DNA of 64,000 nt from an uncultured Acidobacteriota bacterium (GCA_963713825.1 CAVQNG010000025.1:736001-800000), one strand, 5' to 3'; shown: positions 48,814 through 58,511, counted from the first letter of the stretch. Numbers and translations are program-made. The notes: generated from the sequence alone by a model not told the origin.

Positions 48814-50216
48814 GGACATCCCGTTGGCGGGTAGCGTTGCTTCTTCCGATGGCAGGTCTGGCGCTCGGATGCTCGGGAAGTCCAGAAGGGGTCGTGGTCG
48901 AGAGTTCCTGCGATGGATGCAACGTCCTCCTGATCTCCATCGACACCCTGCGAGCGGATCATCTGGGCACCTATGGGTACGGCAGGGAGACCTCACCCGC
49001 CATCGATGCGCTGGCGTCCGAGTCGGTGGTCTTCGAGAGGGCCTACAGCACCTCCTACCACACCGCCGATTCCCACATGTCCATCTTCACCTCGCTCTAC
49101 CCGTCGGTGCATGGAGTGCGAAACAGCAAGGGTAAGACAGGGCAGGTGCTCTCGGCTTCTGTCCCGACGCTGCCCGAGATTTTCCAGGCCAATGGGTACG
49201 CCACTGCGGGGTTCCACGGCGGCGGCAATGTCTCTGGCTTCTACGGATTTGCCAGGGGCTTCGAGAAGTACAAGCGAACAGATGAGGTCGGTGACGCCAT
49301 TGCCTGGATCCAGGAGACGGGTCCCAGACCTTTCTTCGCGTTCGTCCACACCTATCACGTTCACGATCCCTACACTCCGCTGCCACCGTATGACTCCTGG
49401 TTTGCTGAAGACTATGACGGCCCCATCTCCGCCGATCGAGAGTCGCTGCTGGCGCAAACGGACGACGAGAGCTTCAACGAGCTGCGGGATGTCTTCTGGA
49501 ATCAGATCGATCCGTCGAGCCAAGCAGACATCGAGCACCTGAAAGCCCTCTACGACGGCCAGATTCGAGACATCGACGGCCGCATCGGGGCGTTGATCGA
49601 GGCCGCGTTGGCGGCCGATGAGAGAACGGTCGTCGTGTTGCTCTCGGACCACGGTGAGGAGTTTCAGGAGCACGGCAAGTTTCTTCACGACCAGCTCTAT
49701 GAGGAGTTGCTGTGGGTACCGCTCATTCTCCGTTTGCCTTCCGGTGAACGGAGTCGGGTCGAGGAGCGGGTCAGCCTCATCGACATCGCCCCGACATTGT
49801 TGGACCTGCTGGGCCTCGAAGCTCCGGCCCAATTCCAGGGCGCCAGCCTCCTCCCAGTCCTGGCGGGTAAGGAGGACCGACCCCTGATCTACGGCGAGAA
49901 GGTTGTGCGAGCTCCGGGGATCGACGATGAAGCAGAAGACGGTGAACCGGGGATTCGGGCGGCCCTGATCTCCGACGACTGGAAGGTCATCACTGCCAGG
50001 TCCCAGGAGTTGTACTATCTACCCGACGATCGGCTGGAGCAGAGCAACCTGGCTGCGAAGAGTCCGAAGATGAGAGGCCTTCTCAAGCTGCTGGCGGATG
50101 TAAACCGACGCAACGCCGCGCTCCGCAAAGAGCTTGGTACCGGTCGAGGAGAACGACAAGGGCTGGACGAGGAGACCCTCGAAGAGCTCGAGGCTTTGGG
50201 CTATCTGGGGAACTAG
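48810..50216 (+). CDS. Sulfatase-like hydrolase/transferase, lipoprotein
   Basis: ATGA overlap at 48810; ALGC; DTLRAD, HTADSHMS, SDHGEEF, LEALGYLG. Confidence 0.9.
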   Translation: MRTSRWRVALLLPMAGLALGCSGSPEGVVVESSCDGCNVLLISIDTLRADHLGTYGYGRETSPAIDALASESVVFERAYSTSYHTADSHMSIFTSLYPSVHGVRNSKGKTGQVLSASVPTLPEIFQANGYATAGFHGGGNVSGFYGFARGFEKYKRTDEVGDAIAWIQETGPRPFFAFVHTYHVHDPYTPLPPYDSWFAEDYDGPISADRESLLAQTDDESFNELRDVFWNQIDPSSQADIEHLKALYDGQIRDIDGRIGALIEAALAADERTVVVLLSDHGEEFQEHGKFLHDQLYEELLWVPLILRLPSGERSRVEERVSLIDIAPTLLDLLGLEAPAQFQGASLLPVLAGKEDRPLIYGEKVVRAPGIDDEAEDGEPGIRAALISDDWKVITARSQELYYLPDDRLEQSNLAAKSPKMRGLLKLLADVNRRNAALRKELGTGRGERQGLDEETLEELEALGYLGN

Positions 50217-50228
50217 CCACGAGCCGGC

Positions 50229-51341
50229 CTAGGGGGATTTCGCCGCCAGTTGCCTGAATAGCGCCGCGTACTGTTCGGTGACAGCTTGCCAGCTGTAGCG
50301 AGCTGACGCCAGGGCCGCGGCGCGACGGGCGGGGTCCTCCCTGAGATCCGGGTCGCCAGTCAGAGCCTGCAACTGTGCGGTGAGAGTCGATGGCCGCCGG
50401 GCATCGAAATAGAGGCCGGTTTCGGCAGCCACCTCCCGATTCTCGGGCGTGTCGTTGACCACGACGCAGTTGCCATAACCCATCGCCTCGACAAGGGCCG
50501 GATGGGTGCCTCCGACCTCGGTGGCATGGATGTAGGCCAGCGAGTGGGAAAGCAACTCCTGATAGCCCTGTCCATAGATTGGTCCCGGGAACAGGACTCT
50601 GGGGTCAGCGCCCTCCGTAAAGCCTCGAACGAACCGATCTGCGTAGGGGGCCCCTCCCACCATCACGAGGGGCAGGTCGCCATCCACAGCCCGGTAGGCC
50701 TCTGCCACGCGGTGGGGATTGTTCTCGGGCTCGAACCGGCTGACGTACAGGAAGAACCGCCGTGACTCGAGGCCAAGTCGCTGCATCGTCTCGCCCGGCT
50801 GCAGGGGCTGCGGATCCACTCCGTATTTCAGCACCGTCGAGTCGGCCTTGCGGTTCTCGAGGTAGTACTCGCGAATCACTTCCGCATCGGTGATCAGGGT
50901 GGTGGGGACCAGGACCGCCAGTCGCTCGGATAGCGAGTACGCCAGCCGTCCCAGAGGGCCCCACTTGGCTCGTTGTCGCTCGATTCCATCGACATGCAGA
51001 GCCACCGGAGTGCCGCCAACTCTCAGCAGGGGAACGAAGATGGCGTTGACCGAGTTGACGACCAGCGCGGCGTCGAAATCTTGGCGTGCAGCATGTAGGC
51101 AGGCGAGCAGTGTGTGGATCGGAGTATCCAGGTACTTGGTTCGCACGGTCGGTAGGACGGTGAGCTTCACTCCTCGGTAGCAGCCCATGTCGCGAGGTGT
51201 GTAGTGACTGCGGCAGTAGACCGTTACATCGAGGCCCGAACGAGCGAGCCGAGTAGAGAGCTCCTCCATGAGGGTCTCGTAACCACCATAGCGGGCCGGA
51301 ATCCCGCGGCTGCCGATCAGGGCTACCTTCAAGGGGCTCAA
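50229..51341 (-). CDS. GT4 glycosyltransferase with DUF1972-type N-terminus (WchF-like)
   Basis: IGSRGIPARYGGYET, RFEPENN, EVGGTHPALVEAM; start uncertain. Confidence 0.88.
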   Translation of the reverse strand: MSPLKVALIGSRGIPARYGGYETLMEELSTRLARSGLDVTVYCRSHYTPRDMGCYRGVKLTVLPTVRTKYLDTPIHTLLACLHAARQDFDAALVVNSVNAIFVPLLRVGGTPVALHVDGIERQRAKWGPLGRLAYSLSERLAVLVPTTLITDAEVIREYYLENRKADSTVLKYGVDPQPLQPGETMQRLGLESRRFFLYVSRFEPENNPHRVAEAYRAVDGDLPLVMVGGAPYADRFVRGFTEGADPRVLFPGPIYGQGYQELLSHSLAYIHATEVGGTHPALVEAMGYGNCVVVNDTPENREVAAETGLYFDARRPSTLTAQLQALTGDPDLREDPARRAAALASARYSWQAVTEQYAALFRQLAAKSP

Positions 51342-52336
51342 AGAGGAAGTCCCTTTCGAAAGAACCATCGATTGATGGCCGCATCGCTGACCGTGCACCG
51401 ACTACGGATCACATGTCGACGGCGGCGGATCTCTCGCCGATGTTTCCAGAGCCATCCATAGGCAGCAAGAGAGCTCCTCTCCATGAGCAGCACATAGGCG
51501 AAGGCGGCCAGGTCGCGAAATAGGGCCGGGACACCCGTCAGCAGAAGATTCATGCCGTTCTGGTGATAGCACCGCAAGAGGTAGCGGTTTTTCAACGAGT
51601 GCATGTTGACCTGCTGGGACATCTTCCGGCGCCGACTCGGCAGGTTGTGCCGGCGATGCTCGCAGAGGGCGCCGGGCTCATAGAGAACCTCCCAACCCCG
51701 TTCCTGGAGCCGGAAGCAGAGCTCGGCATCCTCGCGGAAGGAGTGGAACTCGGAGAGAAAGATCTCGCCGTCGACGGCCGCATCGTCCAACGCCTGGCGA
51801 CGAAAGAGCGAAGCCGCACCCGTGGCGCCGAACACCCTGTCGGCGAGCGTCCATCGCCCCTCGACCGGTTCGCCCGAGCCGCGATCGAAATGGCGCCAGG
51901 TGGGTGACAGGACCATGCCGCAGGCGTCCAGAAGCTCTGCTTCGGATGAGTGTCGGGGCCGGGTCAGCCTGCCGGCGAGAGCACCTACCCGAACGTCGGG
52001 ATGCTTCACTGCTCGTTCGAGGAGGCGCGAGACGTAGTGTGGATCCGGTCGGGCGTCGGGGTTCAGGGTCAGCACCCACGGTGCCTCGGTCTGAGCCAGC
52101 GCTTCGTTCATGCCGCCAGCAAAGCCAAGGTTCGCTGACAGGGAGCGGTGCACCAGCGGAATTTCAGGCGGGTGCTCCCGATCGACAACACCGACGCTGT
52201 CGTCGGTACTGGCGCAGTCCACGACCACCAGCTCGAGTGGTCTGTGGCGCAAGGCGCTCACCGACTCGAGGCAGCCTCGCAGGTCGCCCTCGGAGTTGAA
52301 CGTGATGATGCAAACGGCGACTTTCCCCGCTTCCAC
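51338..52336 (-). CDS. Family 2 glycosyltransferase
   Basis: VDCASTD, NLGFAGG, LNPD, REDAEL. Confidence 0.92.
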   Translation of the reverse strand: MEAGKVAVCIITFNSEGDLRGCLESVSALRHRPLELVVVDCASTDDSVGVVDREHPPEIPLVHRSLSANLGFAGGMNEALAQTEAPWVLTLNPDARPDPHYVSRLLERAVKHPDVRVGALAGRLTRPRHSSEAELLDACGMVLSPTWRHFDRGSGEPVEGRWTLADRVFGATGAASLFRRQALDDAAVDGEIFLSEFHSFREDAELCFRLQERGWEVLYEPGALCEHRRHNLPSRRRKMSQQVNMHSLKNRYLLRCYHQNGMNLLLTGVPALFRDLAAFAYVLLMERSSLAAYGWLWKHRREIRRRRHVIRSRCTVSDAAINRWFFRKGLPL

Positions 52337-52339
52337 GAC

Positions 52340-53311
52340 TCAGCCTCCTGATGCTTCCGAGTGGGGTTCATCATGGGGGCTCCGACTGCGGGAGCGAGGT
52401 AGCTTCCAACCGGTCAGCGCTCCGAGGAGCAGCTCGGACAGGCCGCTGAGCGCTTCACGGCGTGAGGCAGCGCGACTCGGCTTTCGAAGAACCAGCAACG
52501 GCATCCTGACCGTGGCTGCGGCTGCAGTCAGCGATCGGGCGACGATAGCCGACGCCTTCGAGTGGTGCTTGCCCAAGTATCGCCCCAGGTTCCGGTAGTA
52601 GGTCCAGAGGAATGGGCCGTATCCCAACTTCGGCACCGTGGCTCCGAGCCGGTGCTCGAAGCTCGCAGCGGGCCAATAGACCAGGGTCCGACCAGCCATC
52701 AGCAGACGCCGCGCCAGATCGACGTCCTCGAACCAGGCCGGAAAGAACTCCGCGTCGAAGCCACCGATCTCTTCCAGAGCGCTGCGTCGCAGGGCGAGGG
52801 CGGCCGCGGCCGGTTGTTCCACGACTGTTCCTGCAGACGGCTCGTCCGCCGGTCCCTGACCGGCTGGAATCATCAGCGACTGGAGAAGGAGGGTAGAGGA
52901 GTGTGGGATGGGACGAAGCTGCCATCGATGCTGGGTGCTGCCGTCTGTCGACACGAGCCTGGGAGCCAGGCCCGCAGCCTCGGGATGATGCTCCAGACCT
53001 TCGATCAATCTCTCCAAGGCTGCCGGCGCTGGCCTGACATCGGCGTTGAGGATCAGAATTATCGGCGCCTCTGTCACTTCGAGGGCGGCGTTGACAGCGC
53101 CTCCGAAACCGAGATTCCTTTCCGGCTCGAGGAGCCGGGCGCCGACGAGCCCTCCTCCCAGAGATCTGGAGTTGTCAACGACGATCAGCTCGAATCGGCT
53201 GTCTACGGGCCAGGCCTCCGCAAGCTTCAGAAGCTCTTCGTCGCAGTGCCAATTGACCGCGATTCCTGTCAGGACCGGGCCTGTGGTGCGACCTGGAGTA
53301 GTAGTTGACAC
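52340..53311 (-). CDS. Family 2 glycosyltransferase
   Basis: VDNS, NLGFGGAVN, LNAD, FEDVD; start taken at GTG 53311. Confidence 0.88.
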   Translation of the reverse strand: MSTTTPGRTTGPVLTGIAVNWHCDEELLKLAEAWPVDSRFELIVVDNSRSLGGGLVGARLLEPERNLGFGGAVNAALEVTEAPIILILNADVRPAPAALERLIEGLEHHPEAAGLAPRLVSTDGSTQHRWQLRPIPHSSTLLLQSLMIPAGQGPADEPSAGTVVEQPAAAALALRRSALEEIGGFDAEFFPAWFEDVDLARRLLMAGRTLVYWPAASFEHRLGATVPKLGYGPFLWTYYRNLGRYLGKHHSKASAIVARSLTAAAATVRMPLLVLRKPSRAASRREALSGLSELLLGALTGWKLPRSRSRSPHDEPHSEASGG

Positions 53312-53321
53312 TCCGCTAACT

Positions 53322-54254
53322 CTACTCGGGTTTGTGTCGGTGATCGACGCCGATTTGTGGCTCACCCGTGTTGGCGAAGAGGCTGAGGTTGGTCGCGGCT
53401 CGCACCCAGCCATCCAGGATACCGACAGATTTTCGAACGTCGAGATCGACAGCTGCCCGTCCAAGGTCGAGCATGTCTCGGCCGAGGAGCTTCGGGAGGT
53501 GACTCCAGAACGTTCGGCCCTGGGTTCGAGCCAAGACCAGGTACCGATTGCCATAGATCAGGCTGTAGCGGTGCATGGGCTGCTTCTTGGTGGTTGTCCC
53601 ACTGGCGTGAAAGGCTCGCGCTGCCGGTACCGAGAGGGCCGTGTAGCCGGCAGCTCGGAGTCGGCAGGCGAGGTCCACATCCTCGTAGTAGGACTCGAGT
53701 CGGACGTCGAAGAACTCCGAATCCGCCAGGGCCACTGCGTCCAGTGCCGCGCGCTTGTAGAGTGCTGCCGTAGCTGACACGCCAAAGGTCTCCTCTGCCG
53801 GCAGGCTGACCGTCGGAGCAGCGTCCCCGTGACCCTTTTGGATAGCCTGCCAGCTGCGGTTCCATTCGAGGCCCCGCCCATCCACTCGGTCCGGTTGCAG
53901 CATCTGCAGGTTCAGTCCTTGAGCAGCGGCGGCCCGCGGCGCTGCGCCCAACGCCGCGATCAGGGTGGAGGCCCAATCGGGCTCGATCGTGGCGTCGTCA
54001 TTGAGCAGCGCGACGTATTCCGAGGTGCTCACGGCGATGCCCAGGTTGCAGGCCTCGGAAAAGCCAACTCCACGGTGGGTAGCCACGAGCTTCAGTCCCG
54101 GTACCGATTCGAACCGCGGCTCCATGGTTGGAGGGTGAACCAGAAGAACTTCGACTCGCACACCTTCCGAGGCAGCTGCCGACTCGAGGCAGTCCTTCAG
54201 ATAGTGGCTGGCCCCCAGGGAGGGGACCACGAAGGTCACGTCAGGATTCGGCAA
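53322..54254 (-). CDS. Family 2 glycosyltransferase
   Basis: GFSEACN, LLNDD, YEDVD. Confidence 0.9.
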   Translation of the reverse strand: MPNPDVTFVVPSLGASHYLKDCLESAAASEGVRVEVLLVHPPTMEPRFESVPGLKLVATHRGVGFSEACNLGIAVSTSEYVALLNDDATIEPDWASTLIAALGAAPRAAAAQGLNLQMLQPDRVDGRGLEWNRSWQAIQKGHGDAAPTVSLPAEETFGVSATAALYKRAALDAVALADSEFFDVRLESYYEDVDLACRLRAAGYTALSVPAARAFHASGTTTKKQPMHRYSLIYGNRYLVLARTQGRTFWSHLPKLLGRDMLDLGRAAVDLDVRKSVGILDGWVRAATNLSLFANTGEPQIGVDHRHKPE

Positions 54255-55056
54255 AACCTTCCGAGTACCGTTGCAGGACTTCGTCTGTCGGTCCTGCGGC
54301 CTTCAATTGTCCGCGCTCGATCCAGATGGCTCGAGTGCAGTGATCGGCAATGGCCTCCATTTGATGGGATACCAGGAGGATCGCCGTGCCTTGCGACCGG
54401 AATTCATGGATCCTCGCCAGGCACTTTTCCTGAAACCCCGCGTCGCCAACGGCCAGCAGCTCGTCGATCAACAGGATGTCGGGCCGGAACATGGTCGCCA
54501 CGGCAAATCCGAGGCGGGCCAGCATGCCGCTGGAGTAGTTGCGAATCGGCAAATCGATGAACTCTTCGAGCTCGGAGAAGGCGATGACCTCGGCGAGATG
54601 AGCCTGCACGACCCGACTGGAGTAGCCGAAGAGAGCTGCATTGAGGAAGACGTTCTCCCGGCCGGTCAAGTCGTAGTGGAATCCGGCGCCCAGTTCCAAG
54701 AGGGGAGCGACCTGTCCTCGCACCACAACCCGGCCGCCCGTTGGTGTCAGAACCCTGGAGATCACTTTCAGAAGTGTGCTCTTGCCGGCTCCATTGCGCC
54801 CCACGACGCCGACAAACTCTCCAGGCCGGATGTCCAGGTCCAACGATCGCAAGGCCCAGAGCTCACGATGCTCGAGTTTGCCGGTGATGCGCTTCAGCAC
54901 ATACTCCTTGAAGCTGACGATTCTCTCGGTCGGCATCGAGAAGCGGACTTCGATGCTGGTCAGAGCGATCGCGGACTCGACGGTCTGGGGACTCTCCCGG
55001 GAGGGGGCCGGTGCCGTGTCAGCTACGGTAGTCAAAAACGCTCCTCTGGGTGGCAA
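54241..55056 (-). CDS. wzt: Polysaccharide ABC exporter ATP-binding subunit (Wzt), no C-terminal carbohydrate-binding module
   Basis: GRNGAGKST, LELGAGF, YSSGM, IDELLAVGD. Confidence 0.93.
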   Translation of the reverse strand: MPPRGAFLTTVADTAPAPSRESPQTVESAIALTSIEVRFSMPTERIVSFKEYVLKRITGKLEHRELWALRSLDLDIRPGEFVGVVGRNGAGKSTLLKVISRVLTPTGGRVVVRGQVAPLLELGAGFHYDLTGRENVFLNAALFGYSSRVVQAHLAEVIAFSELEEFIDLPIRNYSSGMLARLGFAVATMFRPDILLIDELLAVGDAGFQEKCLARIHEFRSQGTAILLVSHQMEAIADHCTRAIWIERGQLKAAGPTDEVLQRYSEGFAES

Positions 55057-55900
55057 ACACCCACCATCCTACGGCCAGGGAGGCCAGGCTGAAGCCAATG
55101 GCAGCCAGCCAGTTCTCGACCGGTGCCACACGGCCCAGAATGACCGGGTCTCGGACCAGGACCACGAGGTGATAAAGGGGATTGAGGAGGAAGTACTTCT
55201 GAAACTGAGGCGGCACGATCTCCAGTGGATAAATGATGGGAGTGGCGTAGAGCCACCCAGTGAGCAGCACCTGGTAGGTCAGCTTCACGTCGTGAAAAAA
55301 GGCTCCCAGGGTAGCGACCAGGAGACCTACCCCCAACGCGAACAGGGCGGTGATCAGCATGCCGAGTGGGATGGTCACGAGAGCCCAGGACAGAGGATGA
55401 TGCAGGAAAAGCATGATCCCGAAGAGTGGAATCAGGGCGATCGCCCAGCTCACGAGATAGGTGATCACCGTGGCAACTGCGAAAGCGCTGCGGGGCACAT
55501 AGATGCGGCTCGCCAGGCCCAGGCTGGCAACGGTCTCTTCCACGATCTGTAGAGTCGAACGATTGAAGAAATCGAACAACAGCAAGCCCGACAAGATGTA
55601 GAGAGGATAGGGGTAGTCGCCGGCCTCGAAACGAAACACCTGGGAGAAGACGATCGTCAGGATCGTCATCAACATCAACGGTTCGAGCAGGGTCCAAAGG
55701 ACTCCGAGAATGGACCGCTTGTACCGGAGCTTGATGTTGCGTCGACTCCACTGCAGGACCAGATCCCAGAACCGGACCAGCTCCTGGGCTTCTTCGATCG
55801 CTGGATGAGGTCTCTTGGCGGAGTCGTAGACTTGCCGTCGTAGCGCAGGCGAAGTCGGGGCTGAGGTGGAAGAGAGAGTCATCGACCGACTTCCAGTCAC
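55019..55900 (-). CDS. wzm: Polysaccharide ABC exporter permease (Wzm)
   Basis: KLRYKRSILGVLW, TPIIYP, LNP; about six TM segments. Confidence 0.93.
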   Translation of the reverse strand: MTGSRSMTLSSTSAPTSPALRRQVYDSAKRPHPAIEEAQELVRFWDLVLQWSRRNIKLRYKRSILGVLWTLLEPLMLMTILTIVFSQVFRFEAGDYPYPLYILSGLLLFDFFNRSTLQIVEETVASLGLASRIYVPRSAFAVATVITYLVSWAIALIPLFGIMLFLHHPLSWALVTIPLGMLITALFALGVGLLVATLGAFFHDVKLTYQVLLTGWLYATPIIYPLEIVPPQFQKYFLLNPLYHLVVLVRDPVILGRVAPVENWLAAIGFSLASLAVGWWVFATQRSVFDYRS

Positions 55901-55976
55901 GGAGCTCGGGTACTCAGGGTCAACCCCACCTAGCCGAGCGGCTCAGGACGATCCGGAGCTCTGATCCCACAGTCGC

Positions 55977-56213
55977 CTATGGGACTTCGGGCTCGTCATT
56001 CTCGTCGTCGGGAGCGACGACCGATTCCGTCCACTCCCGCTCGTCGCCAGCCTCGAAACCGTCTTCGTGGATGGCGGGCTCTCCTTCGGACGTGACGCTG
56101 GCTTCCGGATTCGGAGCCTGGTCAGTTTCACCTTCTGGCGAGGAGCCGCTGCAGGCGACGAGGGAGGAAACCAGCAGGATGGCAGCGAAGATCGTTGAGA
56201 AACGCCGTTTCAT
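55977..56213 (-). CDS. Small acidic lipoprotein carrying an IHEDGFEAGD..EW motif
   Basis: MKRR + hydrophobic stretch + LVAC lipobox; disordered Pro/Glu/Ser linker. Confidence 0.75.
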   Translation of the reverse strand: MKRRFSTIFAAILLVSSLVACSGSSPEGETDQAPNPEASVTSEGEPAIHEDGFEAGDEREWTESVVAPDDENDEPEVP

Positions 56214-56579
56214 GATGATTCGATCCTATACCACCGGGCTCCTGGTTGACCGTGAGAAGTCACACCTGTGATCGGCAAGGCATGGAGTGCCTCGACCCCA
56301 CTTGAGAATCGACCCTGTGTCTCAGAGTGCTTCGACGCTGGAGAGGTTCCAGCGGCAGTCCGAACTGGAGGCTTGTGGTATCATTGCAATTCGTGTTTTT
56401 CACGTCTTCCATCGCAACGGTTGCGTGCCCGGTCCCTGCACTTGGGCCCCTCCTACCAGCGTGACTGTTCAGTGTTAGTCCCCTTCGATGCTTCGGAAAC
56501 CAGGTGAGCTCTGAGTTGCTCGCTTTGTTCGTCGTGGTCCCACAACCGAACTTAAGCCATACTGGAAAGGAGTCTAGAA

Positions 56580-57167
56580 ATTAGTAAGGATATTCAGCCC
56601 CGCGTAAATCGCCAGATTCGAAAGAGTCCGGTGCGGCTCATCGACGTCGACGGTGCCCAGTTGGGCGTAGTGCCATTGGAGGATGCCCGCAAGAGGGCCG
56701 AGGACAGCGGTCTGGATCTCGTCGAGGTCGGTGCCGGTGCAAACCCGCCGGTTGTCCGAATTCTCGATTGGGGCAAGCTCAAGTACGAAAAAGAGAAGAA
56801 GGCCCGTGAGGCCAGGAAGAAGACCCACGTCATCGAGGTCAAGGAAGTGAAGTACCGGCCGAGCATCGACGAGCACGACTACGAGATCAAGACGAAGCGT
56901 GCCCGCCGGTTCCTCGAGACCGGGAAGAAGGTCAAAGTGACCATCTTCTTCCGCTATCGCCAGCTGCGCAGGCCAGAGCTGGGAGTGCAGATCTTGGACA
57001 AGGTAACCAAGGCATTGGCCGACGTCGGAACCGTCGAGTCGAGGTCTCGTCTCGATGGGCGTCGAATGGTCATGGTCCTGGCTCCGTTGCCGACAGAAAC
57101 CCAGAAGAAGCAACAGGACACGGCCTCCAAGAAGAGCCAGAAGCCGTCTCCCGCCGCAACACCCTGA
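56580..57167 (+). CDS. infC: Translation initiation factor IF-3 (ATT start)
   Basis: AAAGGAG RBS, then in-frame ATT-AGT-AAG...RVNRQIR; VRLID, GLDLVEV, KEVKYRP, KVKVTI. Confidence 0.95.
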   Translation: MSKDIQPRVNRQIRKSPVRLIDVDGAQLGVVPLEDARKRAEDSGLDLVEVGAGANPPVVRILDWGKLKYEKEKKAREARKKTHVIEVKEVKYRPSIDEHDYEIKTKRARRFLETGKKVKVTIFFRYRQLRRPELGVQILDKVTKALADVGTVESRSRLDGRRMVMVLAPLPTETQKKQQDTASKKSQKPSPAATP

Positions 57168-57182
57168 TTCTCAGGAGCTCCC

Positions 57183-58511
57183 TCAGGAGGACTCTGTCTC
57201 CGCTACCGCTCTGACCGCCCGCTCGATAGCTCCCGGCTCCAGTTCCTCCAGCTCATAACGGACATTGGCGACCGGCTTGTTGATCTTGAGGACTCTCCCA
57301 AGCTCGATGGGAGTGCCCTCCACCACAACATCCGCGTCGACAGCGTTGATCGTGGCCTCCAATTCGCGGATCTGGTCCTCACCGTAGCCCATTGCGGGTA
57401 GGACCCTTCTCGAGTTGGGATAGGCCTCGTAGGTGTCCTTGATCGAGCCGACGGCGTAGGGAACAGGATCGACGATCTCGGCGGCACCTGAGTTCTGAGC
57501 CGCGAACCAGCCGGCCCCATAGCTCATCCCACCATGGGTCAGAGTCGGTCCATCTTCGATGACCAGGGCCCGCTTGCCGCGAATCAACTCTGGCTGATCC
57601 ACGGTGATGGCGGAGCGACACTGCACCACTTCCGCTTCGGGGTTGTAGGCCTGGCAGTTGTCCAGCACGGTCTGCAGATCCTCGGGGTTCGCCGTCTCCA
57701 CCTTGTTGACGATCAACATGTCGGCCAGCAAGAAGTTGGTCTCGCCAGGGAAATAGCTCAGTTCGTGGCCCGGCCGGTGGGGGTCCACCAGGGTCATGAA
57801 GAGGTCGGGTCGGTAGAAGGGTGTGTCGTTGTTGCCCCCGTCCCAGAGGATCAGGTCGGCTTCCTTCTCCGCCTCCCGCAGGATCTTCTCGTAGTCGATT
57901 CCGGCATAGACGACGAAGCCGTTGTCGATGTGCGGCTCGTACTCCTCGCGCTCTTCGATCGTGCATTCATGGCGGTCGAGGTCCTCATAGGCGGCGAACC
58001 TCTGGCAGATCTGCTTCGATAGATCTCCGTAAGGCATGGGGTGGCGGACCGCCACCACCTTCTTGCCGAGTTGCCTCAGGATCCTGGAGACGTAACGACT
58101 GGTCTGCGACTTGCCGACACCCGTTCGCACGGCGGTGATCGCGATGACCGGTTTGGAGGAAGCCAACATGGTCTTGCTCACCGAGCAGACTCCGAAGTGG
58201 CTCCCCCAGCCGATCACCCGACTGGCCTTGTCCATGACGTAGTCGAAGGGCACATCCGAATACGAGAACCAGACCTCATCGACCTTCTTCTCCCTGACGA
58301 TCGCTTCCAGGTCCTCCTCTGCGTGGATGGGGACGCCCTCCGGGTAGAGGTCACCTGCTAGCTCGGTGGGGTAGGTGCGACCCTCGATGTCGGGAATCTG
58401 GGTGGCCGTGAAAGCCACGACGTCATAGTCGGAGTTATCGCGAAACAAGCAGTTGAAATTGTGGAAATCACGTCCTGCTGCACCCATGATCACAACCCTG
58501 GTACGTGCCAT
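57183..58511 (-). CDS. P-loop protein of the cyclic 2,3-diphosphoglycerate synthase-like / ArcE arginine synthetase family
   Basis: GAAGRDFHNFN, RTGVGKSQT, RHPMPYGDL, TIEEREEYE, WDGGNND, EDGPT. Confidence 0.8.
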   Translation of the reverse strand: MARTRVVIMGAAGRDFHNFNCLFRDNSDYDVVAFTATQIPDIEGRTYPTELAGDLYPEGVPIHAEEDLEAIVREKKVDEVWFSYSDVPFDYVMDKASRVIGWGSHFGVCSVSKTMLASSKPVIAITAVRTGVGKSQTSRYVSRILRQLGKKVVAVRHPMPYGDLSKQICQRFAAYEDLDRHECTIEEREEYEPHIDNGFVVYAGIDYEKILREAEKEADLILWDGGNNDTPFYRPDLFMTLVDPHRPGHELSYFPGETNFLLADMLIVNKVETANPEDLQTVLDNCQAYNPEAEVVQCRSAITVDQPELIRGKRALVIEDGPTLTHGGMSYGAGWFAAQNSGAAEIVDPVPYAVGSIKDTYEAYPNSRRVLPAMGYGEDQIRELEATINAVDADVVVEGTPIELGRVLKINKPVANVRYELEELEPGAIERAVRAVAETESS

